The notes beneath the pieces were generated by a model that saw nothing but the letters and a program-made list of their open reading frames with translations, had not been told where the DNA came from and did no database searches. From contig JBGAML010000003.1 in NCBI GenBank assembly GCA_044223005.1, forward strand, positions 32,001 to 96,000: a stretch of DNA of 64,000 bases. Reading direction: 5' to 3'. This DNA comes from Candidatus Eiseniibacteriota bacterium (GTDB lineage Bacteria; Eisenbacteria; RBG-16-71-46). The position numbers and the translations under genes are program-made. Below, piece by piece: positions 42,031 through 53,312 of this stretch (its first letter is position 1; every line of letters starts with the position of its first letter).

Positions 42031-43551
42031 ATGCCGATGCCGAAACCGACCGAATTCCTCAAGGACAAGCCCGTACCCGGCGCCTGCGCCGGTGAATGGT
42101 TCGCCAGCGGCAAGCCGCTGCGCTCGACGTCACCCATCGACGGCTCGCTGATCGGCGAGATCACCACCGCGACGGCCGCCGAGACCGAGAAGGTGATCGC
42201 GGCGGCGCACGCCGCGTTCCTCGAATGGCGGCAGGTGCCCGCGCCCGTGCGCGCCGAAGTGGTGCGCAAGATCGGCGTCGCGCTCCGGGAGCACAAGGAA
42301 GAGCTCGCCGCGCTCGTCACGCTCGAGATGGGCAAGATCCTGTCCGAGGGCCGCGGCGAGGTGCAGGAGATGATCGACATCTGCGACTTCGCCGTCGGGC
42401 TCGGCCGCCAGGTCGGCGGGCTGACGCTGCCGAGCGAGCGCGCGGGGCACCGGCTCGTGGAGCAGTGGCATCCGCTCGGCGTCGTGGGTGTGGTGACCGC
42501 GTTCAACTTCCCGGTCGCCGTGTGGGCGTGGAACTCGGCGCTCGCGCTCGTCGCCGGCGATACGGTCGTCTGGAAGCCGTCGTCCAAGACGCCGCTCTGC
42601 GCCGTCGCCGTGACGCGCATCGCGCAGGCCGTGCTCGCCGAGTGCGGCTATCCCGGCGCGGCGCTGTCGCTCGTGATCGGCTCGGGTAAGGACGTGGGCG
42701 ACAAGATCGTCTCCGACCCGCGCATCGCGCTACTCTCGTACACGGGCTCGGTCGCGACGGGACGCCACGTCGGCATGAAGGTGCAGGAGCGCTTCGGGCG
42801 GCCGCTGCTCGAACTGGGCGGCAACAACGCGGTGATCGTGACGCCGAGCGCGGACGTCGACAACGCGATCCAGGCGGTGCTGTTCGGCGCCGTGGGCACC
42901 GCGGGCCAGCGCTGCACGTCGACGCGCCGGTTGATCCTGCACGAGAGCCTCTACGATCGCGCCGTGTCGCGCCTGGTCGCGATGTACCCGCAGATCCCGC
43001 TCGGCGATCCGCGCGACGCGAAGACGCTGGTCGGTCCGCTCATCGACGCCGACGCGGTCGCGCAGATGCAGCGCGCGCTCGAGGCGGCGAAGGCGCAGGG
43101 CGGCAAGGTCCTCGTGGGCGGCGAGCCCGTCGACCGCGCGGGCGGCTGCTACGCGAAGCCGGCGCTGGTGGCGGCGACGGCGGACATGGCGATCGTGAGC
43201 GAGGAGACGTTCGCGCCGATCCTCTACGTGCTCAAGTACCGCACGCTCGACGAGGCCATCGCGATCCAGAACGGCGTGCCGCAGGGCCTGTCGAGCTCGA
43301 TCTTCTCCAACGACCTGGTCGAGTGCGAGCGGTTCCTGTCGGCGGTCGGCAGCGACTGCGGCATCGCGAACGTGAACACGTCGACCAGCGGCGCCGAGAT
43401 CGGCGGCGCGTTCGGCGGCGAAAAGGAGACGGGTGGCGGCCGCGAATCGGGTTCCGATTCGTGGAAGGCCTACATGCGCCGCCAGACGACGGTGGTCAAC
43501 GCGAGCGGCAAGATCGCGCTGGCGCAGGGCGTGAAGTTCGACGTCGGATAG
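42031..43551 (+). CDS. Aldehyde dehydrogenase, ALDH7/antiquitin-like
   Basis: GEVQEMIDICDFAVGL, AFNFPVAV, LELGGNN, GQRCT, SGAEIGGAFGGEKETGGGRESGSDSWK. Confidence 0.95.
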   Translation: MPMPKPTEFLKDKPVPGACAGEWFASGKPLRSTSPIDGSLIGEITTATAAETEKVIAAAHAAFLEWRQVPAPVRAEVVRKIGVALREHKEELAALVTLEMGKILSEGRGEVQEMIDICDFAVGLGRQVGGLTLPSERAGHRLVEQWHPLGVVGVVTAFNFPVAVWAWNSALALVAGDTVVWKPSSKTPLCAVAVTRIAQAVLAECGYPGAALSLVIGSGKDVGDKIVSDPRIALLSYTGSVATGRHVGMKVQERFGRPLLELGGNNAVIVTPSADVDNAIQAVLFGAVGTAGQRCTSTRRLILHESLYDRAVSRLVAMYPQIPLGDPRDAKTLVGPLIDADAVAQMQRALEAAKAQGGKVLVGGEPVDRAGGCYAKPALVAATADMAIVSEETFAPILYVLKYRTLDEAIAIQNGVPQGLSSSIFSNDLVECERFLSAVGSDCGIANVNTSTSGAEIGGAFGGEKETGGGRESGSDSWKAYMRRQTTVVNASGKIALAQGVKFDVG

Positions 43552-43575
43552 CCGCGAAGCGGCCGGTCTGATTGC

Positions 43576-43612
43576 ATTCGGGGCCCGCACCGAAATGGTG
43601 CGGGCCCCGAAT
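43576..43612. terminator. Hairpin between convergent genes, similar to the IS subterminal hairpin
   Basis: Perfect 16-bp stem ATTCGGGGCCCGCACC-GAAAT-GGTGCGGGCCCCGAAT. Confidence 0.7.
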
Positions 43613-43646
43613 CGTTCCCGGCGCGGCGCTCGCTCGCGCCGTCGCG

Positions 43647-46600
43647 TCAGTGCAGCTTGACCACGCGCGTGCTGCCGTCGACGCCCGCGCCGCGCACGCG
43701 GACGTAGTAGATCCCGCTCGCCATGTCGCGGCCCGCGGCGTCGCGGCCGTCCCAGCGCAGCTCGTGAGTGCCCGCGAGCATGTAGTGGTTCGCGAGCGGC
43801 GCGACGCGATGCCCCATCACGTCGTAGACGTCGGCCTGCACGGTGCCCGGGCGCGCGAGCACGCAGCGGATCGACGTGAACGCGACGAACGGATTCGGGT
43901 GGACGCGGTCGATTCCCGAGACGAGCGGCGACGCCGGCGATCCGGGCACCGAGACCAGGCTCGCCGTGCAGGTCTGGGTGCCGATCCCGACCGCGTCGAT
44001 CTCGTTCCAGCCGGGCACCGCGGGGGAGTCGAACTCGAGCTGCACCTGGTCGACGAGGAAGCCGGGGTAGGGGAACCGCGCCGTGTAGACGCGCGCCGCC
44101 TGCGGCGCGGGCACGGCGGGCGCCGACCACACGAGCACGAAGTTCCCCGTGTTCGGGTTCTTCACGCTCACGCGGTAGAGCGCGCCGGGATTGAAGGTCT
44201 CGAACACCTGCACGAAATCGATCGCCGCCGGCGTCGCGTAGTGCAGCGTGATCGATTCCTTCACCTCGTCCTCGTGGAGGCTGGCCCACGAGGTCGGGAG
44301 ATCCCCGTAGTCGGGATAGGTGTCCGGCAGGCCCAGCGCCTGGATCGCGTACCACTGCGGCGGGCCCGAGAGCGTGTACTCGCTGCTCACCGCGATCACG
44401 CTGTCGGCGTACTGCACGTGGTCCACGTTGACGAGGTTCCGGATCGTGCGCGAGGTGGTGCCGTTCAGGTCGGTGATCGCGAGCGTCGCCGCGTGCGAGC
44501 CCGGCGACCCGAACACGACCCGCGGGTTGCGGGCGTTCGCGTCGCTCACGTACGCCGCCGCGGGCGAGAAGGTCCACTGGTAGGTCGCGGGCCCATTCGC
44601 GACCGAGTAGCTCTCGAACTGCAGCGTGTCGCACGGGCCGGGCGTGGCCGACCCGGCGACCATCGGCTGCACGAGCGTCGTGGTCGAAGGTTCGTACAGC
44701 GGGGCCTCCCAGATGCCCTGCGTGGTGCCCAGTCGCAGCACCTGCTTGGGGTACTGGATCGCGCCCCATGCCATGTCCGGTCCCAGCGCGGACGGCAGTC
44801 CGGTGTTGTACGCGACCCAGTCGGGCATCAGGTCGTTCCGGTAGAGCACGGCGCCGTACTGGCCCACCAGGTAGATCCCGCCGGACGTTCCCAGCTGGTG
44901 GAACATGTTGACCAGCACGACGCCGTCGAGCGCGGGTGTGGTGAGGTTGCTCCACGACGCTCCGCCGTCGGCGCTCTTGTAGATCTTGTTCCCGTTGGGG
45001 CCGTTGCGGAAGCACCACCACAGCTCGTTCGAGCTGGTCCCGCTCACCGCGATCGTGCCCAACTGGCGTTGTGCCGCCGAGAGCCCCGCGGGGTTCGCGC
45101 ACTGCGTCCACGTCTTGCCGCGATCGACCGACTTCCAGAGTTCGCCGCTCGCGCCGAGACGCACGGTGACGTAGAGAACGTTCGGGTCCGTCCGGGAGAC
45201 CTCGATGTGCTGTTCGACCGCCGCGGGATCGGCATGCTTCCACACGAGCTGGAACGTCGTGCCGTTGTCCTCGGTGCGCCAGAGCCCGTCGTTCCGTCCG
45301 ACGTAGAAGGTGCGCGCGAAGCGCGGATCCCACTCCACTTCGCCGGCGTTCATCTCGTTCCCGGGAACGGCCGAACCGTCGGCGGGGAGCTTAGCGACCG
45401 CGAAGGTCGTGATCGCGCCGTTGAACGTGCTCGGCCACCGGATGCCGCCGGGGAACACGGAGGCATAGCTCATGCGGTTGTCGGCCGGATTGACGAAGCC
45501 CGTCACCGGTTCACCGCTCGAGGTCGAGAGGAACGTGCCCGCGGGATAGCCCTCGACCCACGCGCCGATGGCGTTGTGGTTCCGGCCGCTGACGATCGCG
45601 TCCTCGTTCCAACCCTGGCCGAAGCCCCAGATCTGCGTGCCGCGGAGCCCGATCGTGCGCGCGGAGAAGTTGGTCGTGGTCGTCCAGAAATCGGTCGACA
45701 GGGTGACGCCGCCGTCCGAGGCGACCCACGAGTCGCCGCCGATGCACACGATGTGCTGGAGGTCCGCATGGAGGTACTGCGAGACGCACTCGCTGATCGA
45801 GACGAACGTGTTTCCGCCGTCCATCGACCGGAACGCGTAGCAGGTGCCCAGCACGATCTGGTTCGCATCGAGCGGCGAGGCGGCGATCGCCTGGTCGTAA
45901 TAGCCCTGGCAGTTGTCGAGGATGAACGGGCCGACGGCCGGCTCGCACTGGTTGTTCGCGTTCACGCCGACGGGGCTGAAGGCCTTGGTGACCCAGGTCT
46001 CTCCGGCGTCGTCACTGCGCAGGAGCCGCGAGCCCTCGACCTCCGTGACCAGGGCGTAGATCCGGTCCGGTGCCGCCGGCGTGACGGCGATGCGTCCGCC
46101 GAGGTAGGGCCCGATGTGCGCGGACCAGCCCGTGCGCCGGCGGGTCCAGCTGTTGCCGCCGTTCGTGGTCTTGTAGAAGTCGATGCTGTCCCCGGCGACG
46201 TTCTGGATCAGTGCGTAGCCGATGTTCGCGTTCCCGGGCCGGTACGCCACGTCGTACGTGACGCGGCCGAACGCCCCGTTCCAGTTCGAGGTCGGCGTCT
46301 TGGCGAGGAACGTCGACCCGGCGACCAGCACGGTCTCGGGCTGGTCGGGCTTGAGCACGATCGTGTTCGCGGCGACGGGGGGATAGTCGAGCGAGAGCGT
46401 CCAGCTCACGCCGCCGTCCGTCGACTTCACGATGCCGCGTCCGTTGCCCACGTAGACGATGTTCGGGTCGTTGGGGTGGACCGTGATCGCCGTGATGCCG
46501 GTGCGCAGCAGCGTGTCGTTCACCCCGATCGGCGTCCAGGTGAGGCCCTTGTCGGTCGACTTGCTGAGCGCTCCCAACTGCGAGCCCGCGTACAGGACGC

Positions 46601-47063
46601 TGGGATTGCTGGGCGCCACCGCGAAGCCGCGGATGTTCGCCTGCAGGGGCCGGAGCGGCTGTGCCGCGTTCTCGTTCTGGCTCCAGTAGGTGGCCGTGGG
46701 CCCCACGTAGCTCCAGCCCGCGCTCGTCGCGCCGGTCTTCGTGCGCGCGACCTCGAGCCACGGTACCGGCGCCCCGACCAGCGTCCACGGATCGTTCACC
46801 GGCTCCGGGCGCGCCTCGACTTCGTCTTCGGGCTCTTCGGATTCCCCGCCGTCGCCGTCGAGCCAGCGCTCGAACCCCACCGCGGGCTTCGCGTCGCCTT
46901 CGCGCAGTAGCTCCTGCAGCCACTCGGGCATGCTGGCGGCGAGCACGAGGCGCGGCACGGCGTCCTCGTGTTCGAGCGGGCGGGCCCGCGCGGGAAGCGC
47001 CGGCAGGAGCAGTGCTGCGAGAAGGGCGAGGAGCAGCGTAGGGCGCAGCGCGGCCTGCGGCAT
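43647..47063 (-). CDS. Large secreted BNR/Asp-box (VPS10-like) propeller protein with PKD-like, jelly-roll and FlgD-Ig domains
   Basis: Signal peptide; many S.D.G.TW repeats; HADLQH; YQWTF PKD-like segment; PNPF...YDVMG.RV...WDGRD..G...ASGIY. Confidence 0.87.
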   Translation of the reverse strand: MPQAALRPTLLLALLAALLLPALPARARPLEHEDAVPRLVLAASMPEWLQELLREGDAKPAVGFERWLDGDGGESEEPEDEVEARPEPVNDPWTLVGAPVPWLEVARTKTGATSAGWSYVGPTATYWSQNENAAQPLRPLQANIRGFAVAPSNPSVLYAGSQLGALSKSTDKGLTWTPIGVNDTLLRTGITAITVHPNDPNIVYVGNGRGIVKSTDGGVSWTLSLDYPPVAANTIVLKPDQPETVLVAGSTFLAKTPTSNWNGAFGRVTYDVAYRPGNANIGYALIQNVAGDSIDFYKTTNGGNSWTRRRTGWSAHIGPYLGGRIAVTPAAPDRIYALVTEVEGSRLLRSDDAGETWVTKAFSPVGVNANNQCEPAVGPFILDNCQGYYDQAIAASPLDANQIVLGTCYAFRSMDGGNTFVSISECVSQYLHADLQHIVCIGGDSWVASDGGVTLSTDFWTTTTNFSARTIGLRGTQIWGFGQGWNEDAIVSGRNHNAIGAWVEGYPAGTFLSTSSGEPVTGFVNPADNRMSYASVFPGGIRWPSTFNGAITTFAVAKLPADGSAVPGNEMNAGEVEWDPRFARTFYVGRNDGLWRTEDNGTTFQLVWKHADPAAVEQHIEVSRTDPNVLYVTVRLGASGELWKSVDRGKTWTQCANPAGLSAAQRQLGTIAVSGTSSNELWWCFRNGPNGNKIYKSADGGASWSNLTTPALDGVVLVNMFHQLGTSGGIYLVGQYGAVLYRNDLMPDWVAYNTGLPSALGPDMAWGAIQYPKQVLRLGTTQGIWEAPLYEPSTTTLVQPMVAGSATPGPCDTLQFESYSVANGPATYQWTFSPAAAYVSDANARNPRVVFGSPGSHAATLAITDLNGTTSRTIRNLVNVDHVQYADSVIAVSSEYTLSGPPQWYAIQALGLPDTYPDYGDLPTSWASLHEDEVKESITLHYATPAAIDFVQVFETFNPGALYRVSVKNPNTGNFVLVWSAPAVPAPQAARVYTARFPYPGFLVDQVQLEFDSPAVPGWNEIDAVGIGTQTCTASLVSVPGSPASPLVSGIDRVHPNPFVAFTSIRCVLARPGTVQADVYDVMGHRVAPLANHYMLAGTHELRWDGRDAAGRDMASGIYYVRVRGAGVDGSTRVVKLH

Positions 47064-47220
47064 GGGGAGCCTCCGAGGATGGGACGGGGGCTGCGGGAAG
47101 GGAGAAGCGTAGCATCGCGCCCGCGGATTCCCGCCCGTGAAATCGCGCTTCCGGGGGGTGGATCGGCGCCCACCACGGGTGCGCGGGCCGCGCACGGAGA
47201 GGGCGGTTTCCTCACGCCCC

Positions 47221-47260
47221 AAACGAAACGGCCCGCCCCGCGTCGCCGCGGACGGGCCGG
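47221..47260 (-). terminator. Intrinsic terminator downstream of tRNA-Lys
   Basis: Minus-strand GC stem CGGCCCGTCC.../...GGGCGGGCCG followed by TTTCGTTT. Confidence 0.7.
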
Positions 47261-47275
47261 AAGTTTCGGTTTGAA

Positions 47276-47351
<76 letters not shown>

Positions 47352-47516
47352 ATCCCGCCACCGCCGGAGTTCGTGCGAGCGAAGGAACCGGCGAAAAGCC
47401 GGGACAATCTACGGTCCGGGCCCCCGCGCGTCAAGTCGGCGAAATGACGCCGTGCCGGAGCGCGTGCTAGTCTGCGCCCCTTCCTGACCCTCTCGTCCAC
47501 CCATCGGAGGCGGTTC

Positions 47517-47918
47517 GTGGCGCGCGGAACCACTCGGCCCTCGCCGGCGGCGCTCATCTTGCGGTACTGGCTGCCCCTGCTGGCCTACATCGCGACGATC
47601 TTCACCGTGAGCGCCCAGCCGTACCTCCAGCCGCCGTTGCACTTCCAGAACTCCGACAAGATCATGCACCTGCTCGAGTACGGCGGGCTGGGGCTGCTCC
47701 TGTTCCGGCTCGTGCACCGCCAGGGGTCGATCCAGCGCAAGGACGTCGCGGCGCTCGTCGTCCTGCTCGCGGGCATGGCGATCGGCGCGGCGGACGAGAC
47801 CTTCCAGCGCTTCGTCCCGGGGCGCCAATCGTCGGTGCTCGACTGGCTCGCCGACAGTCTCGGCATCGGTCTCGCGCAGGTGATCGGGCTGGCTTGGACC
47901 GAGATGCGGGGGAACTGA
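47517..47918 (+). CDS. VanZ-like membrane protein
   Basis: DKIMHLLEY, DE..Q.FVPGR.SS..DWLAD. Confidence 0.88.
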   Translation: MARGTTRPSPAALILRYWLPLLAYIATIFTVSAQPYLQPPLHFQNSDKIMHLLEYGGLGLLLFRLVHRQGSIQRKDVAALVVLLAGMAIGAADETFQRFVPGRQSSVLDWLADSLGIGLAQVIGLAWTEMRGN

Positions 47919-47920
47919 AC

Positions 47921-49200
47921 ATGGCACCCAAGCACCAGGCTCCGCGCGGCACGCGCGACCTGCTTCCCGACGAGACGCCGCTCTGGCGCTGGGCCGAGGC
48001 CACGGCGCGCGGCGTGCTCGACCGCTACGGCTACGGCGAACTGCGCACTCCGATGTTCGAGGACTACGAGCTCTTCGCGCGCACCGCGGGCGAGTCGAGC
48101 GACGTCGTGCAGAAGGAGATGTACCGCTTCCAGGACCTCGGCGAGCGCGATCTCGCGCTGCGGCCCGAGTTCACCGCCGGCGTGATGCGCGCCTACCTCG
48201 AGCACGGGCTCGGCGGGCGCACGCGCGTGCACCGGCTCTGGAGCACGGGGCCGGTGTTCCGCTACGGCCGGCCGCAGAAGGGGCGGTACCGCCAGTTCTC
48301 GCAGCTTAACTGCGAGCTGGTCGGCTCGCCCGCGCCGGGCGCGGACGTGGAGATGATCACGCTGTTCGTGGACCTCTACGAAGCGTGGGGCTTCACCGAC
48401 CTCACCGTGCTCGTCAACAGCGTCGGCCAGCCGGCGAGCCGGCGCGCGTACGGCGACCGGCTGCGCGAGTGGCTCGCGCCGGTCCACGGCAAGCTCAGTG
48501 CCGATTCGCAGGCGCGCCTCGTCACCAACCCGCTGCGCGTGCTCGACACCAAAGACGAAGGCGACCTCGCGCTGATCGCGGGGCTGAAGGACATGCCCCG
48601 GCTGCTCGACTCGGTCGATGCCGACGACCGCGCCCACTGGGACGCGGTGATCGCCGGGCTCGACGCGGCGGGCGTCCGCTACGAGATCGACCACGGCCTC
48701 GTGCGCGGGCTCGACTACTACACGCGCACGGCCTTCGAGGTGCACGACCGCTCGCTGGGCGCGCAGAGCGCGCTGGGCGGCGGCGGGCGCTACGACGGCC
48801 TGATCGAGATGCTGGGGGGCCCGCCCACGCCCGGCGTGGGGTTCGCGGTGGGCCTGGACCGGGCGCTGCTCGTGCTTCAGCAACGGGGCGCACAGGTCGA
48901 AAACAAGGACGCGGTCTGTCTGGTGGCCATGGACGGCACCCGAGCCGCCGCCACCGCCCTCGCGCGCACGCTCCGGCGCGAGTTCGTCGTCGAAACCGAC
49001 GTCGAGGGGCGGGGCTTCGGCGCGCAGATGAAGTCGGCGGGCAAGTCGGGCGCACGGTTCCTCGTCATCATGGGCGAGGAGGAGTGGGCCCGCGGGCAGG
49101 TCGCGCTCAAGGATTCCAGGACGGGCACGCAGGAGACGCTGGCGCGCGAGGCGCTGGCGGACACCCTGCGCGCGAGGTCGCACGCCACGGGAGAATCGAA

Positions 49201-49204
<4 letters not shown>
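47921..49204 (+). CDS. hisS: Histidine--tRNA ligase
   Basis: PRGTRD, VQKEMY, LRPEFTA, RPQKGRYRQF, LVRGLDYY, GGGRYDGL. Confidence 0.98.
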
Positions 49205-51012
<1,808 letters not shown>

Positions 51013-51029
51013 GCTCCCTCGCCGCACAC

Positions 51030-51064
51030 GAACGCCCGCGTCCCGCTCCGGGACGCGGGCGTTC
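51030..51064 (+). terminator. Hairpin after aspS
   Basis: Perfect 16-bp stem GAACGCCCGCGTCCCG-CTC-CGGGACGCGGGCGTTC. Confidence 0.7.
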
Positions 51065-51118
51065 CGCGTGGTAGCATCCGGCGTCCCCCCGCGACCATCC
51101 CGAGGGAGCACGAGCGTC

Positions 51119-52102
51119 ATGGACCCCACTCCATCGCTGGCTGCCGCCGATTCGCTGCCCGTGCCCACGGGCGCGGACCGCCCGCCGCCGTCGCCCGCGC
51201 CGGCATCCGGCTGGCGCGCGATCCTGGCCCTCGTGTTCGTCCTGCTGGTGGGCGAGATCGCCGGCTCCGCCCTGCACGCGCTGCTCATGTTCACGGTGCT
51301 GCGGTCGTGGATCCCGAGCTACTACGACTACGGCTGGTCGTCCGCGAGCCTGCGACTGGTGCGCCACATTCCGCGCGTCCTGATGCTCGAGCTGGCACTT
51401 TCCAACGCGTGCGTCCTCGGGTGTGCGTTCCTCGTGGACGCGGCGTCGCGGCGGCCACGCGGTGCGCGCCTGGGCCTGCGCGGAGGGCGCCTGCCAATGC
51501 GTGCGCTCGCGCTGCTGATCCCCGCCGCCATCGGGGCGGCTGCGATGGGCATCCTGCTCTCCGGCCTGCTCGAGCGGGCGGGCGGGACGGCGCCACTCGC
51601 CGCGTGGCGCTCGACGTTCGTGGAGGGACTCCAGTTCGGGAGCGTGTGGGAACGGTTGGGCCTGATGCTCTTCGTGGGGGGCTTCGCGGGGCTCGTCGAG
51701 GAAGTGACGTTCCGGGGCGTGCTGCAGCGCGGCCTGTTGCGCACATGGCGGCCGCCGGCCGCGCTGCTCACCACCGCGGCGCTGTTCTCGCTCGCGCACG
51801 GCAGTCTCGCGTACGCCGCCTTCGCGCTGCCTTTCGCCCTCCTGGCCGGCTGGGTCGCATGGAAGGACGACGCGATCCGCTTCACGATCGCGTGCCACGT
51901 CACGGTCAACCTGCTCGGGGAGGGAATCGGGGCGTTCTCCGGGCCGCGCGCGGGCGCGCACGAGCTGGGCTGGGCGCTCTCCGATCCGAGTGCGCCGATC
52001 GCGGCTGCGCTTCGTGACGGACTGATCCTGCTCGCGGTCGCGGTCGCACTCGTGTGGCCCGCGTGGCACTGGGTCCGGCGCTGGGCGCGCTCGTCGGATT
52101 GA
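51119..52102 (+). CDS. CPBP (CAAX/Abi) intramembrane metalloprotease
   Basis: EEVTFRG, LFSLAH, HVTVN motifs in a multi-TM protein. Confidence 0.88.
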   Translation: MDPTPSLAAADSLPVPTGADRPPPSPAPASGWRAILALVFVLLVGEIAGSALHALLMFTVLRSWIPSYYDYGWSSASLRLVRHIPRVLMLELALSNACVLGCAFLVDAASRRPRGARLGLRGGRLPMRALALLIPAAIGAAAMGILLSGLLERAGGTAPLAAWRSTFVEGLQFGSVWERLGLMLFVGGFAGLVEEVTFRGVLQRGLLRTWRPPAALLTTAALFSLAHGSLAYAAFALPFALLAGWVAWKDDAIRFTIACHVTVNLLGEGIGAFSGPRAGAHELGWALSDPSAPIAAALRDGLILLAVAVALVWPAWHWVRRWARSSD

Positions 52103-52193
52103 ACGAGTTCGTGCTGGTCCCGGGCGCGGCGCTCGCCGATGATCCCGGCATGCCCTTGCAGATCGTCTGCCGTTGTCCAGGAGAGTGCCGGTC

Positions 52194-53246
52194 ATGATCA
52201 AGTTCATGCTGTTCATCGACGGAACGTGGCTCTATTCCAACACCCCGCGGCTCGTGGAAGCGTCCGGGCAGACGGGGTTCACGCTCGACTTCGGCAAGCT
52301 GCCGCGCGTGCTCGCGGACGAGGTCTCGCGCGCGATGGGGCACGACGAGTACACGGTCGTACGCACCCACCTGTTCGGCAGCTACGCCGACAACGTCGAT
52401 CCGCGCGACGCCGAGCCCGTGCAGCGGAGGCTCAACTTCTTCACGCAGCTCCGCCAGCAGCACCACTACGAGGTCGAGGCGTTCCCGATCAACTTCCGTG
52501 GCAAGCGCCTGCGCAAGTCGGACCGCGATCCCAACGACACGTTCGAGCCCAAGGAGAAGTGCGTCGACATCGCGCTCGCGACCTCGATGCTCTTCAACGC
52601 GTCCATGCCCAACGCCTACGACGTGGCGATCGCGGTGGCGGGAGACCAGGACTTCAAGCCCGTGCTCCAGAGCGTGCGCCGGCTCGGCAAGCGCGTCGCC
52701 ATCGCCAGCGTGCAGGGCGCGTGCTCGAGCGAACTCTCCGACCCGAGCGATCCGGCGCGCGTGCGCGACCTCGACATCCTCTGGCTCGAGGAGCTGCTGC
52801 CGCGGCTGGCGCGCCGCTACGATCCGCACCCGCTCGAGTGCCAGTCGCCGCAGCACGTCGGCGATCGCACCGTGATGACGACGTACTACCCGAAGCGTGG
52901 CGAGAAGTTCTACTGCGAGACCTGCCGCGGCACGTTCGCACGCCTCAAGCAGGAGGGCGTGGTGGAGACGGCCGAGCCGCGGCCGGTGCGCTGGGCGCCG
53001 CCGGGGACGGCCCTGCGGGGCGCCGTGAGCCACAAGCGCATGGACAAGAGCTACGGTTTCATCCGGGTGGAAGGCTGCGGCGAGTGGGACGGGCCGGAGT
53101 ACTTCTTCCACGACAGCGACCTGCTGGACGGCGTCACGTTCGCCGAACTGGCCGAGGGCGAGGTCGTGACGTTCGAGGTCAAGGCCGAGCCCCCCGCGGG
53201 CAAGGCCCCGCCCGCGCGCGCCGTGCGGCGGACCGCGGCCGCCTGA
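52194..53246 (+). CDS. NYN (PIN-like) domain protein fused to a Zn-ribbon-like segment and a cold-shock domain
   Basis: FIDG, EKCVDIALA, AGDQDF; CQSPQH...YCETC; KSYGFI and YFFH RNP motifs, L.EGEVVTFEV. Confidence 0.87.
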   Translation: MIKFMLFIDGTWLYSNTPRLVEASGQTGFTLDFGKLPRVLADEVSRAMGHDEYTVVRTHLFGSYADNVDPRDAEPVQRRLNFFTQLRQQHHYEVEAFPINFRGKRLRKSDRDPNDTFEPKEKCVDIALATSMLFNASMPNAYDVAIAVAGDQDFKPVLQSVRRLGKRVAIASVQGACSSELSDPSDPARVRDLDILWLEELLPRLARRYDPHPLECQSPQHVGDRTVMTTYYPKRGEKFYCETCRGTFARLKQEGVVETAEPRPVRWAPPGTALRGAVSHKRMDKSYGFIRVEGCGEWDGPEYFFHDSDLLDGVTFAELAEGEVVTFEVKAEPPAGKAPPARAVRRTAAA

Positions 53247-53312
53247 GCGAGACGCCGCGCGGCTCTCGTTCGCGCGACGACCGGCCCTCGGCCTGAGCCG
53301 GAACGCCTCAGC

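Noticed and set aside
52146..52162. sigma54 promoter GGCATGCCCTTGCA before the NYN gene
   Set aside because: GG-to-GC spacing is 9 nt, not the required 10
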